Shown: positions 52,966-62,235 of the stretch, in pieces
Layout: each line of letters begins with the position of its first letter
Position numbering within the stretch: the stretch's first letter is position 1
DNA from: Candidatus Nomurabacteria bacterium
GTDB taxonomy: Bacteria > Patescibacteriota > Minisyncoccia > Phycocordibacterales > UBA9973
Direction of reading: 5' to 3'
DNA: 62,235 nucleotides
Assembly (NCBI GenBank): GCA_052035405.1
Contig: JBPOHQ010000005.1
Span: forward strand, 1 to 62,235
The notes under the pieces: model-generated
What the model was told of the DNA's origin: nothing
Seen by the model: only the letters and a program-made list of their open reading frames with translations
The model's database searches: none
Position numbers and translations under genes: made by a program

Positions 52966-54333
52966 CTATTTTGATAAGCCACTAGAAAATAAGAATCTTG
53001 CAATCTTTCCTTCTTTCATAAGCGTACATACTGATAAGAATATCCTAGTGATTGTAATAGCAGAGAACATAGAAACTAGTACACCCATACCGAGAGTAAG
53101 AGCAAAACCTTTTATGAGTGAAGTACCAAACCAAAAGAGAATAAGTGCAGTAATAATGTTTGAACTATTTGAGTCTCGAATGGAAAACCATGCACGGGAG
53201 AATCCAGCAGATACTGAGTCCGCAATAGTTCGGCCGAGTCTTAATTCTTCTTTTACACGCTCAAAGATAAGCACGTTCGCATCCACAGCTACACCGATTG
53301 AAATAATAAATCCTGCAATACCTGCTGCAGTTAATGTAACTGGCACAAGCTTAAATAATGCAAGCATAATAATAACGAAAATAGAAAGGGAGATGACTGC
53401 GATGAATCCAGGTAGACGGTACCAAAGAATAAGGAATAATGCTACAAGCAAAAATCCAATCACTGTAGACTTCACTCCTGCTTTTACAGCACTATTACCG
53501 AGTGTTGCACCAATAGTTTGTTTTGAGAGAAGAGATATCGGTACTGGCAATGCCCCAGAGTTAAGACGTCCAACGAGTTGCTTTGCCTCTGTTGGAGTAA
53601 AGCTTCCAGAAATAACAGCTTGACCATCGAGAATTTCCTGTCTAACAACAGGAGTTGAAATAGGAGAACCGTCTAAGAATATTGCAACCATTTTACCAAC
53701 ATTGCCTTTTGTAATATCAGCAAAAAGCTTTGTGCCTGTCTCATCGAATTGCAAACTCACTCTTGGCTCGCGAGTGTTTGGATCAAATTCAAGGGTTGCT
53801 CTCTTTAAATATCTTCCAGTAAGATCTGTAGACACGAATTGATTAGATAAATCTAGATTCACTTTTCCATCTGCTCCAACAGTTGCATTTTGTGGTGCCC
53901 CTTCCGGTGCTTCTGTTTTAAACTCCAAAAGTGGAGTCTGTCCGATCATTTGTATTGCTCGTTCTACATCTGTAACTCCAGGAAGGTCCACAATTAACTT
54001 ATGCTCTCCTCCAGAAATGAAGCTACCTCCTTCTATTTGAACGACAGGCTCAGATACACCAAAAAGATTTACACGTCTTTCAATAACGTCACGAAGTGCG
54101 TTCATTGAGTCTTCTACTTGAGATTGATCTACTGCACTCACATCTGCTTTGTACACTAGGTGACTTCCACCAGAGAGATCAAGACCTAGACGGAATTGAT
54201 GATTTTGAAAAAAAGCACTTTCCTGTCCAAAATTTTTATTGATTTTGTATTCAGATTTATAGACAAAAAGGCCGACAGTTGCTGCTAAAATAAGTACTAA
54301 TAATGCTAACGTAATTTTTTTCCAAGTTTTCAT
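52966..54333 (-). CDS. secD: protein translocase subunit SecD
   Basis: GLDLSGGSHLVY and a C-terminal 6-TM core. Start set at MKTWKKITLALLVLILAAT (ATG 54333) rather than the longest ORF. Confidence 0.9.
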   Translation of the reverse strand: MKTWKKITLALLVLILAATVGLFVYKSEYKINKNFGQESAFFQNHQFRLGLDLSGGSHLVYKADVSAVDQSQVEDSMNALRDVIERRVNLFGVSEPVVQIEGGSFISGGEHKLIVDLPGVTDVERAIQMIGQTPLLEFKTEAPEGAPQNATVGADGKVNLDLSNQFVSTDLTGRYLKRATLEFDPNTREPRVSLQFDETGTKLFADITKGNVGKMVAIFLDGSPISTPVVRQEILDGQAVISGSFTPTEAKQLVGRLNSGALPVPISLLSKQTIGATLGNSAVKAGVKSTVIGFLLVALFLILWYRLPGFIAVISLSIFVIIMLALFKLVPVTLTAAGIAGFIISIGVAVDANVLIFERVKEELRLGRTIADSVSAGFSRAWFSIRDSNSSNIITALILFWFGTSLIKGFALTLGMGVLVSMFSAITITRIFLSVCTLMKEGKIARFLFSSGLSK

Positions 54334-54415
54334 AATGTTTATAAGATAAGGGTATTCTATACTTTTTTTAGAAATATGCAAATAAACCCTACGTTTGGAT
54401 AACATCAATAAAACA

Positions 54416-54424
54416 TGGTATAAT
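54416..54424 (+). promoter_or_regulatory. extended -10 TGgTATAAT, 6 nt upstream of ATG 54431
   Basis: TGGTATAAT at 54416-54424. Confidence 0.45.
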
Positions 54425-54430
54425 ACACCC

Positions 54431-55153
54431 ATGGAAAACAATAAAAATTACCTTATATTTGGTGCAATACTGGGTCTTTCTCTTATCATTAGTGCGAGTG
54501 TCGGTTCGTTTACTTTTTACAAACTCCGTTCTATGGACTATATTTCTACTACAGGAAGTGCAAAAAAAGCTGTAGTTGCCGACAAAGTAAAGTGGACTTC
54601 AAATATTACTCAAGCGGTCAAACTCTCTACGCTTAAAGACGGCTACGCAAAAATGGATACAGACCTAAAAGAAGTGAAGAACTTTTTAATGTCTAACGGC
54701 ATAGAAGAAGCAAATATCACCGTCTCCCCTATCTTCATGAATGAAGTCTATGAGCAGTATCCTGCAGCAGATAAAAAATATAATCTCGTACAAAACATAG
54801 AAGTAAATTCTACTGACGTACAAAAAATTGACGGACTTTCAAAAAATACAAATTCACTGATCGTCAATAAAGGAGTTATGTTTGCTACTAATTCTGTAGA
54901 ATACTATTACTCAAAACTTCCTGAAGCTCGGGTGGAGTTACTCGCAAGTGCTGTAAATGACGCAAAGGCTCGTGCTGAACAACTCGCTCTCGCTGGGGGT
55001 AAAAAAATTGGTGTACTCAAATCAGCATCTTCTGGAGTAGTTCAAGTTATGTCTGAAAACTCTGTTGAAGTATCAGACTACGGTATGTACGATACTTCAA
55101 AAATAAACAAAGAAATCATGGTCACTGTTAAAGCTAGTTTCGAGATACGCTAA
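54431..55153 (+). CDS. SIMPL (DUF541) domain protein, membrane anchored
   Basis: About 240 aa with a TM anchor and a SIMPL-like pattern (...AVNDAKARAEQLALAGGKKIGVLKS...MVTVKASFEI). Confidence 0.8.
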   Translation: MENNKNYLIFGAILGLSLIISASVGSFTFYKLRSMDYISTTGSAKKAVVADKVKWTSNITQAVKLSTLKDGYAKMDTDLKEVKNFLMSNGIEEANITVSPIFMNEVYEQYPAADKKYNLVQNIEVNSTDVQKIDGLSKNTNSLIVNKGVMFATNSVEYYYSKLPEARVELLASAVNDAKARAEQLALAGGKKIGVLKSASSGVVQVMSENSVEVSDYGMYDTSKINKEIMVTVKASFEIR

Positions 55154-55166
55154 TAACAACACTCAT

Positions 55167-55202
55167 CAAAAAAACCACTCCATTACTGGAGTGGTTTTTT
55201 TG
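55167..55202. terminator. palindromic terminator between convergent genes
   Basis: CAAAAAAACCACTCCA-ttac-TGGAGTGGTTTTTTTG. Confidence 0.7.
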
Positions 55203-55206
55203 ATTG

Positions 55207-55749
55207 TTAGTTAGTTTCTTTCAGATATGAATGTTTTATGAGATAAGCCATTCCTCCCCCTAAAATAAATCCAGCTAGAATATCTACTGGGAAATGCACT
55301 CCAGCCATAATGCGTGCTACACCTATTAATATCGCAAAACCAATGAATACGTACCCAACTTTTTTATGACATAGAAATATAGCGATAGCGAGAGCCATAA
55401 ATGCACTCGCATGTCCTGATGGAAAAGCATACCCCCCTTCTAACCACAAAGGTGCAACATGTTGCAAACTTAAAAAAGGTCTTGGAACCATGAAAATATT
55501 TTTAAATATATACGCCATCACCCACGCAAAGATGCTCGTAAGAAATACAAAAGATACCTCTTGAGCTTTTTGTTTTAACAGGCTAAAAGGATTCTTAGAA
55601 CGAGCAATGTCGTGATGCAGTAATACAAAAAAAATAGCAAAAATAATTACTATATACGGCAATATGTCAGCAAGAAAAATAATCAGCCCATCATTGAAAC
55701 TGGATTGATGAGCAAAACTATAAAAAAAATAAAATAGATCGTTATTCAT
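55207..55749 (-). CDS. PAP2-family phosphatase (undecaprenyl-diphosphatase BcrC-like)
   Basis: 180 aa with the motifs PRPF, PSGHAS and RIMAGVHFPVDILAG. Confidence 0.85.
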   Translation of the reverse strand: MNNDLFYFFYSFAHQSSFNDGLIIFLADILPYIVIIFAIFFVLLHHDIARSKNPFSLLKQKAQEVSFVFLTSIFAWVMAYIFKNIFMVPRPFLSLQHVAPLWLEGGYAFPSGHASAFMALAIAIFLCHKKVGYVFIGFAILIGVARIMAGVHFPVDILAGFILGGGMAYLIKHSYLKETN

Positions 55750-56586
55750 TTATTGAATGGTTTTATGTTTAGCTACTTCTAATACATTTCTAAAAAGCAT
55801 TGCCACAGTCACAGGGCCTACTCCGCCTGGAACCGGTGATACCCACCCTGCAACATCTTTCACGGAATCTAAATCCACGTCTCCGATGAGTCCGGCACCA
55901 CTCTCTGAAGTGCCTGCATCTATTATAACTACACCTTTTTTTATCATATCACCTTTTATGTACGCACCGCGACCAATTCCTGAAATAATAACATCAGCAT
56001 TTTTAAGTATTTCATCTTTGTTTTCTGTTTTACTACGAAGCGTTTCGTGCGCATATCCTTTTTGAGTTAAAAGTGCAGAGACGGGTTTACCTACGAGCTC
56101 TCCTTGACCGAGCACTACAATATTTAAATTATTTAAATCCAGATTAAGATTCTCTAATAGGTACATGCATGCGAGAGCAGTCGGCAGACCCAGACTCTTT
56201 TCCCCATTATAAAACTTTTTACTATTTTCACTTCCAAGCACATCAACATCAAGACTCGGATCTATAGCATCTAGAACTTTCCTTTCATCAATATATGAAG
56301 GAAGTGGCAGCTGTACGATAATCCCACACATGTTTTCAATATTATCTAAATTTTGTATTTCTTTTATCAATTCTTCTGTTGTAATAGACTCTGGGAAAGA
56401 TGCATTTTGGAATTTCATACCTATCCTCTCTGCAACGCGAGCCTTCATCTTTACATATTTCTCTGAAGCAAAATCACTCCCGACTAACACATCACAAAAA
56501 ACAGGTTGAAATGGAAGTCCTTCAACTTCTTTTCTTATATCTTCTAGTATGTCTTCACTTAATTTTTTTCCATCTATAAGTATCAT
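55750..56586 (-). CDS. folD: bifunctional methylenetetrahydrofolate dehydrogenase/methenyl-THF cyclohydrolase
   Basis: 278 aa with YVKMKARVAERIGM, QLPLP and PVPGGVGPVTVAML. Confidence 0.95.
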   Translation of the reverse strand: MILIDGKKLSEDILEDIRKEVEGLPFQPVFCDVLVGSDFASEKYVKMKARVAERIGMKFQNASFPESITTEELIKEIQNLDNIENMCGIIVQLPLPSYIDERKVLDAIDPSLDVDVLGSENSKKFYNGEKSLGLPTALACMYLLENLNLDLNNLNIVVLGQGELVGKPVSALLTQKGYAHETLRSKTENKDEILKNADVIISGIGRGAYIKGDMIKKGVVIIDAGTSESGAGLIGDVDLDSVKDVAGWVSPVPGGVGPVTVAMLFRNVLEVAKHKTIQ

Positions 56587-56589
56587 AAT

Positions 56590-57720
56590 TTACGCTCCCA
56601 AAAATTCATTTTTAATATCATCTCTGTGTGCACGACGGCGATATCTTCGCATACTCATCAGTATTCCTAATCCTGCAAATTCTGTGATTAAATGTGATCC
56701 TCCGTAACTCATAAATGGAAGCGGAATACCGGTGACGGGCAAGACTCCTAAATTCATACCTACATTTACCAGAATGTGACTCATGAAATAAATAGCAATA
56801 CCCATACCGAAAAGAATTTCAAAGTTAGAAGCTCCAACAGCAGCAGTCGCAAGAATTCTCCAGATAACTAGAGTGTAGAGAATAAGGAGAAGCATCGCTC
56901 CGACAAAACCCCATTCTTCAGCAAACGCTGCAAATATAAAGTCGGTCTCTGGCTCTGGCAAGAAGCTTAGTCTTGATTGAGTACCAAAGCCTAGTCCCTT
57001 ACCAGTGATCTGTCCACTTCCTACCGCAATAGTCGACTGAAAGACGTTGTACCCAGAACCGTGGATATCTGCAAGTGGATTTAAAAAGTTTGAAATACGT
57101 GCTTTTTGATAATCTGCAAAAACGAACATCCACATAAGTCCAAAAATTATTACCCCAGCACCAAAGACCAATAAGAGATGTTTCTTGGAAATACCTGAGA
57201 CCAACACCATTCCAAACCAGATAAAGAATATAATCATCGCAGAGCCAAAGTCTGGTTGTAAAAGCACGAGCACGAAAGGTACTAATGCATAAAACCCAGA
57301 AATAAATATGTGCTTTATATCTTTTATCTCCACATGCCTTCGAGAGAAATACTTTGCTAAGATTATTACCAACACCAGCTTCATCATATCCGCCGGCTGA
57401 AAAGAAAATCCTCCAAAGTCAAACCAACTTTGAGCACCATTTGAAACAGTACCAAGAATGAATAACACAAGTAAAACAAGACAAAAGAATAGGAACAATG
57501 CAACTAAAATATTGGTCTGTTTTAGAAAACGAAAATCAATAAAAGAAAAAATAAAAAACACCATAAAAGAAAGCAACACCCAAATGATCTGCTTATTAAA
57601 AAAGCTTCCTGCATTCTCCTCGGGCACGAATGACCGCATCGTCACCAATCCGAAAGATATAATCGGAAGGATAAAAAAAACGAGTATCCAGTCTATTCTT
57701 TTAAGTGCTTTCTCTGCCAT
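56590..57720 (-). CDS. SEDS family peptidoglycan glycosyltransferase (FtsW/RodA)
   Basis: 376 aa with about 10 TM helices and FQPADMMKL, PETDFIFAAFAEEWGF and LPFMSYGGS. Confidence 0.9.
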   Translation of the reverse strand: MAEKALKRIDWILVFFILPIISFGLVTMRSFVPEENAGSFFNKQIIWVLLSFMVFFIFSFIDFRFLKQTNILVALFLFFCLVLLVLFILGTVSNGAQSWFDFGGFSFQPADMMKLVLVIILAKYFSRRHVEIKDIKHIFISGFYALVPFVLVLLQPDFGSAMIIFFIWFGMVLVSGISKKHLLLVFGAGVIIFGLMWMFVFADYQKARISNFLNPLADIHGSGYNVFQSTIAVGSGQITGKGLGFGTQSRLSFLPEPETDFIFAAFAEEWGFVGAMLLLILYTLVIWRILATAAVGASNFEILFGMGIAIYFMSHILVNVGMNLGVLPVTGIPLPFMSYGGSHLITEFAGLGILMSMRRYRRRAHRDDIKNEFLGA

Positions 57721-57738
57721 GATATATATCTCGTCTCC

Positions 57739-58524
57739 TTACTTTAATTTAACCCCAAATATATCATACATAGGGATGATTTCTTTCGTGATGACCTTAT
57801 ACGGAAAGAGCTCCGGCCATGTAAAACTGATATTCTTTGATTCTTTCCCTTTTAACAATTCTATATAAGTGCTCGAGACCGCTATCGCATTGCCAAGATT
57901 GTCGTACAGTATCGCTACCGGCTTAACATCTGGAATCATAAAAAGTGAATCATTTTCGATCTTAGCAAAAAGTTTTGGAGAGGTATCTTCATCTTCTAAA
58001 CGAATATCTGAAACGAACACATTGTTAAGTTGATTTACTTTCTCTTCTGGAACCTTGATCCATACTGGAGTCTCGGTGAATTCGAATGTTGTAAATACTG
58101 GTACAGAATTACCCATATCAATAGCGGGCTCAAATATCGCAAATTTTCCTCTTGGAGGAATGTACGTCTCTCCTTCTCTTTTACCTAGGTACACATTATC
58201 TTTGTCTGCAAAACGAAATTTATATTTTATTTTATATATTGCAGTATCTTTGTTGTGATTTTCTAAATATGCGACGGCATTGTATCGTCCAGGAACTACC
58301 TTAAATGCTCGAGACCATATGACTGAAATCTGATCCACTTCAAAACTACATGCGAGAGGACATTCGCCTCCACAGTCCACGCCCGTCTCTAAGCCATTTT
58401 GCTTACCATCAATACAGGTTGGGGGTTTATTTATATACGGATAACTAATCCAAAAACCCAGCCCTCCAAAAAAGAGCACTAAGATACTAATATAAATAAG
58501 CTGCCGCCGTAGAGCCCAAGTCAT
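57739..58524 (-). CDS. membrane-anchored hypothetical protein with Cys-rich N-terminal segment
   Basis: 261-aa ORF with a TM helix, then CIDGKQNGLETGVDCGGECPLAC. Confidence 0.8.
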   Translation of the reverse strand: MTWALRRQLIYISILVLFFGGLGFWISYPYINKPPTCIDGKQNGLETGVDCGGECPLACSFEVDQISVIWSRAFKVVPGRYNAVAYLENHNKDTAIYKIKYKFRFADKDNVYLGKREGETYIPPRGKFAIFEPAIDMGNSVPVFTTFEFTETPVWIKVPEEKVNQLNNVFVSDIRLEDEDTSPKLFAKIENDSLFMIPDVKPVAILYDNLGNAIAVSSTYIELLKGKESKNISFTWPELFPYKVITKEIIPMYDIFGVKLK

Positions 58525-58553
58525 AGTGCAATTATAGCATTAGAATCGAAAAA

Positions 58554-59042
58554 TTAAAGACTGTTTCTTTTTTCAGAAATTTTTGTATACACTGTTTCTC
58601 TTTGTATTTGGAAATTATTTTCTAAGTCTTCTATCAAGAAATCTCGAACTTCCAGCGGAAATAAAAGTAAATTTTTTAGTTCTTTTAGAGCTATCCATTT
58701 TGGTTCAAAAATTTCATTTACTTTCAGTAACTCTTGTACCTCTGGAGAATCTTCATGGAGCTTAGGTTCCCCTGAAACGTATTTACATAAATAGAAAAAT
58801 TGTTCAGTGTTGTCATCATACACAATGTGATACAAGAGTTTATTCATTTGAATAACAACAGTCGTCTCTTCAATAAGTTCACGAACTAAAGCTTCTTCTA
58901 AAGTCTCCCCTCCCTCAACTCCACCACCAGGAAAAGTATAATACTGTTTTCCATTTTTCTCTCTGTATATCAAAAGAATCTTGTCATCTTTTATGACAAC
59001 TCCCGTGGCTCGTGTTCTCTTAACAAAAGAAGATTTCAACAT
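58554..59042 (-). CDS. NUDIX hydrolase
   Basis: Nudix box GGGVEGGETLEEALVRELIEETT. ATG 59042 is preferred over the TTG at 59054. Confidence 0.85.
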   Translation of the reverse strand: MLKSSFVKRTRATGVVIKDDKILLIYREKNGKQYYTFPGGGVEGGETLEEALVRELIEETTVVIQMNKLLYHIVYDDNTEQFFYLCKYVSGEPKLHEDSPEVQELLKVNEIFEPKWIALKELKNLLLFPLEVRDFLIEDLENNFQIQRETVYTKISEKRNSL

Positions 59043-59054
59043 TTTTATAACCAA

Positions 59055-59225
59055 CTATTTTTTTATTGAATCTGCTATGTGTTTTATATATCTATTATTT
59101 CTTGCAAGCTCTTTAATCAATCTTTTATCTTCCTCAAAAATAAACAAAGAGGTGTCGCTTTTTACAAGTTCAACAAAACTAATTTCTTTCTCTTGATTTT
59201 TTATATTATTTTTTACTTTATACAT
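59055..59225 (-). CDS. 56-aa hypothetical protein (below the ORF-track cutoff)
   Basis: Hand translation gives MYKVKNNIKNQEKEISFVELVKSDTSLFIFEEDKRLIKELARNNRYIKHIADSIKK*. The ATG is 6 nt after the SDH-protease stop, behind AAGAGA. It exactly fills the gap to the Nudix gene. Confidence 0.45.
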   Translation of the reverse strand: MYKVKNNIKNQEKEISFVELVKSDTSLFIFEEDKRLIKELARNNRYIKHIADSIKK

Positions 59226-59231
59226 TCTCTT

Positions 59232-60107
59232 TTATTGTTTTTTAGTTTTTTTACCAGTATTAGATAATTGCATCTGAGGATAGAAACTATCAATAATATG
59301 TTTCGAGGATTCATTATCTAATCTGAATGCTACTAATTCTTGATAAACCCTCATGATGTCTTTTTCATCGTCTTTAATCTCAAAACCGATATCTTTTGCT
59401 TCTTTTGCAAAAATAGGAAACTCATGGGTGTAAACATTTCTTCCTAACCCCGAAGCAATTCCAATAGCCTTGTCTGCAGAATAACCAGATTTTTTAAGTA
59501 AACGATAAGCACAAATTATAGACGTAAACAATGCTGTATTCATTTCATCATAAATAACTGGGTCCAATTTTTCTGCCATTTGCTGCCAAGGTGAGGGTAT
59601 TTCCTGAGGTGTCATTTCACCATATTCTTCTTTTATAAAATCAACAGATCTAATAAAGGCATTAGCTGCTACTCTTGTATTTTTATATCTAACCTGCGGA
59701 TCAAAAGATGTTATATTTCCAAAATCACTGATATGTATCTGATTAGCTGCACAACATAAGATTGTTCCACCGCTTGCAGCTTCATATGGAATCCAAGCAG
59801 TAATATTTTTAAACTTTTCTCTTAAAAAATTGGCAATTTTATAAGAAGCATGCATTTCACCACCAGGTGTATGAATAACTAAATGTAAAGAATTTGTTGC
59901 TTTTTTAGCTGTGGCCTCTTCTATAATCTTTTCTAAACGATAAATTTCAGACTCTTCAATAGAGGCACTCGCAAAAGCAATTGGGGATATTCTGACTCCG
60001 TGAGGTGCTACAAAACTAATAACTGTAATCTTTTTTTCGTCTGCGATTTTTTGCAACTTGCTTTTCAACTCATCTGGGATTGATTTAGTTTGTCTAGACT
60101 TTGCCAT
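59232..60107 (-). CDS. SDH-family ClpP/crotonase-fold serine protease (SppA/ClpP-like)
   Basis: LHLVIHTPGGEMHASYKIANFLR...IPYEAASGGTILCCAANQIHI. ATG 60107 (MAKSRQTK) follows TAATAT-N7. Confidence 0.8.
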   Translation of the reverse strand: MAKSRQTKSIPDELKSKLQKIADEKKITVISFVAPHGVRISPIAFASASIEESEIYRLEKIIEEATAKKATNSLHLVIHTPGGEMHASYKIANFLREKFKNITAWIPYEAASGGTILCCAANQIHISDFGNITSFDPQVRYKNTRVAANAFIRSVDFIKEEYGEMTPQEIPSPWQQMAEKLDPVIYDEMNTALFTSIICAYRLLKKSGYSADKAIGIASGLGRNVYTHEFPIFAKEAKDIGFEIKDDEKDIMRVYQELVAFRLDNESSKHIIDSFYPQMQLSNTGKKTKKQ

Positions 60108-60162
60108 TAATTTTATATTAACATACAAAACAAATTAAACAACTTTTAAAAGTAATAAGAAA

Positions 60163-60807
60163 TTACTGATAATATCGTATAGGGACACCATTATAACGTT
60201 CAATAATACCTTCTGATATTATTGTTTCCAGGGGTTCATAATCTTTGTATTTATCTATCTGAACAAGAGCTTTTCTGTATCCATTTTTATTTTCTTTTTC
60301 TATTTTAACAGAAATACCCACAAGTCCGTACCTTTCAAGAATCAAATTACCAGCGAGCCTAGCTGTGCGTCCGTTACCTTCTCGAAAAGGATGAATCACT
60401 GTTACAGCATGATGCAACCATGCAGCAGTATGGATAACTTTACTAATACATCCGATAGTCTCATCGGTGAGTTCATCTTCTAGTCTCATAATGTTTCCTT
60501 CGCAATCTTTTAATTCAAGCAGTTTATCGTTTAGCTGTAAATCTAAATCCTTCATTAGGGTAGCTACTTTTGTAAAATGAGGCAAAATTAATTCTGAACC
60601 AGTAATCGCCAAATTTTCATCCCTATACTCACCTGAAATTTCTGGCCATGCATCTCTAAAAATCTCTTTATGAATATCACACAGAGTTTTTACATTAATA
60701 CTTTTATGAGACTGGGAATATTTACGAATAAAACGAGAAGCTCTAATTACTCCTACAGCTTCTCTTTTTTGCAATTCTTCTTCATTTTTTGGACGATCAA
60801 TTGACAT
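60163..60807 (-). CDS. Fic family protein (AMPylation-competent motif)
   Basis: 214 aa with the canonical HPFREGNGRTAR (HxFx[D/E]GNGRxxR) motif. Confidence 0.9.
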   Translation of the reverse strand: MSIDRPKNEEELQKREAVGVIRASRFIRKYSQSHKSINVKTLCDIHKEIFRDAWPEISGEYRDENLAITGSELILPHFTKVATLMKDLDLQLNDKLLELKDCEGNIMRLEDELTDETIGCISKVIHTAAWLHHAVTVIHPFREGNGRTARLAGNLILERYGLVGISVKIEKENKNGYRKALVQIDKYKDYEPLETIISEGIIERYNGVPIRYYQ

Positions 60808-60813
60808 TCAAAA

Positions 60814-61008
60814 CTAAGAAATATTTTGAGCTAATTTATCAAAATCCTTTCTATCTATTTTACTTCCCTCGAGAGCACTAGAATAATAAGCATGCTCAAT
60901 ATCCCACTTCTTTTCAAGAGTTTTCCTTTCAGAAACAGAGAGACTCTCAATTGCCTTCTGCCCTGCTTTTATAGAGGTTATAAGATTATTCAATACGCTT
61001 TTTGACAT
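60814..61008 (-). CDS. small protein carrying the Fic inhibitory helix motif (class-I antitoxin-like, VbhA-type)
   Basis: SSALEGS matches [S/T]xxxE[G/N]. It ends 6 nt before the Fic start. ATG 61008 follows TACAAT-N6. Confidence 0.7.
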   Translation of the reverse strand: MSKSVLNNLITSIKAGQKAIESLSVSERKTLEKKWDIEHAYYSSALEGSKIDRKDFDKLAQNIS

Positions 61009-61014
61009 ACTAGT

Positions 61015-61020
61015 ATTGTA
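61015..61020 (-). promoter_or_regulatory. -10 box TACAAT, 6 nt upstream of ATG 61008
   Basis: rc of 61015-61020 = TACAAT. Confidence 0.4.
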
Positions 61021-61062
61021 CCATATTAAAATGAACATGAAAAGCGTCTATAATGCAACACA

Positions 61063-61092
61063 CAAAAACCCTTATTTTCATAAAGGTTTTTT
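61063..61092 (-). terminator. terminator of the 23S-5S transcription unit
   Basis: Minus strand reads AAAAAACCTTTatgaaaatAAGGGTTTTTGTG, directly after 5S. Confidence 0.6.
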
Positions 61093-61107
61093 AGATATCA
61101 AATACTC

Positions 61108-61220
<113 letters not shown>

Positions 61221-61302
61221 GAAAACTTGATAAAGTTTTTGTTTTATTTTTTATATTTTTTGTTTGTTTTATTGTACACCCGAAGGTGCGTGATTTTCAA
61301 AT

Positions 61303-62235
<933 letters not shown>

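Noticed and set aside
54334-54441. Longer SecD start (54441) and longer SIMPL start (54395), which would overlap divergently.
   Set aside because: The SecD signal-anchor begins at MKTWKK (54333). The SIMPL gene has TGgTATAAT-N6-ATG at 54431. The extensions have no conserved-looking sequence.

Overview
AT-rich, very gene-dense bacterial chromosome segment with about 88 short, mostly single-domain CDS. It has the look of a Patescibacteria/CPR (Parcubacteria-like) genome: many small DUF proteins, membrane-anchored secreted proteins, reduced housekeeping genes and a divergent 16S primer site. On the minus strand the window starts inside a 16S rRNA gene (5' 562 nt, with its promoter and leader at 563-880). 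It ends with 5S plus the 3' ~930 nt of 23S, so 16S is not adjacent to this 23S-5S pair. Recognisable housekeeping blocks are secG/OppA-like SBP/RNase J/MFS, htrA, nrdA-nrdB, pyrG-ftsX-ftsE-prfB, gatC-gatA, lemA/htpX, secD-secF, and PAP2-folD-SEDS. There is also a tRNA cluster (Thr, Thr, Asp, Met, initiator-like Met) and a separate tRNA-Gln. Positions 26-38 kb hold a run of tiny stress/detox-type and DUF genes (DUF1801 x2, YdcF, SRPBCC, C39-like, Zn-ribbon, DUF1428, GIY-YIG, DUF1059, YceI, DoxX, DUF2784, pyrD, GtrA, DUF4342, thioredoxin). Five observations deserve follow-up. (1) A (TGn)TATAAT box sits 6-7 nt before more than 20 start codons, which implies leaderless expression. (2) The tRNA-Gln locus is flanked by fragments of itself and by a 119-nt GC-rich structured element of unknown class directly upstream of a CYTH gene. 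(3) About 105-nt repeated intergenic modules bracket a two-gene orphan cassette next to that tRNA. (4) A class-I-like Fic toxin/antitoxin pair is packed with an SDH/ClpP-fold protease, an unannotated 56-aa ORF and a Nudix gene beside 5S rRNA. (5) Several core enzymes have unusual catalytic signatures: NrdB has Phe at the radical-Tyr position, PyrD has class-2 architecture with a Cys base, and RF2 has a truncated domain 1 and no frameshift site. No CRISPR array, transposase, integrase or reverse transcriptase was seen.
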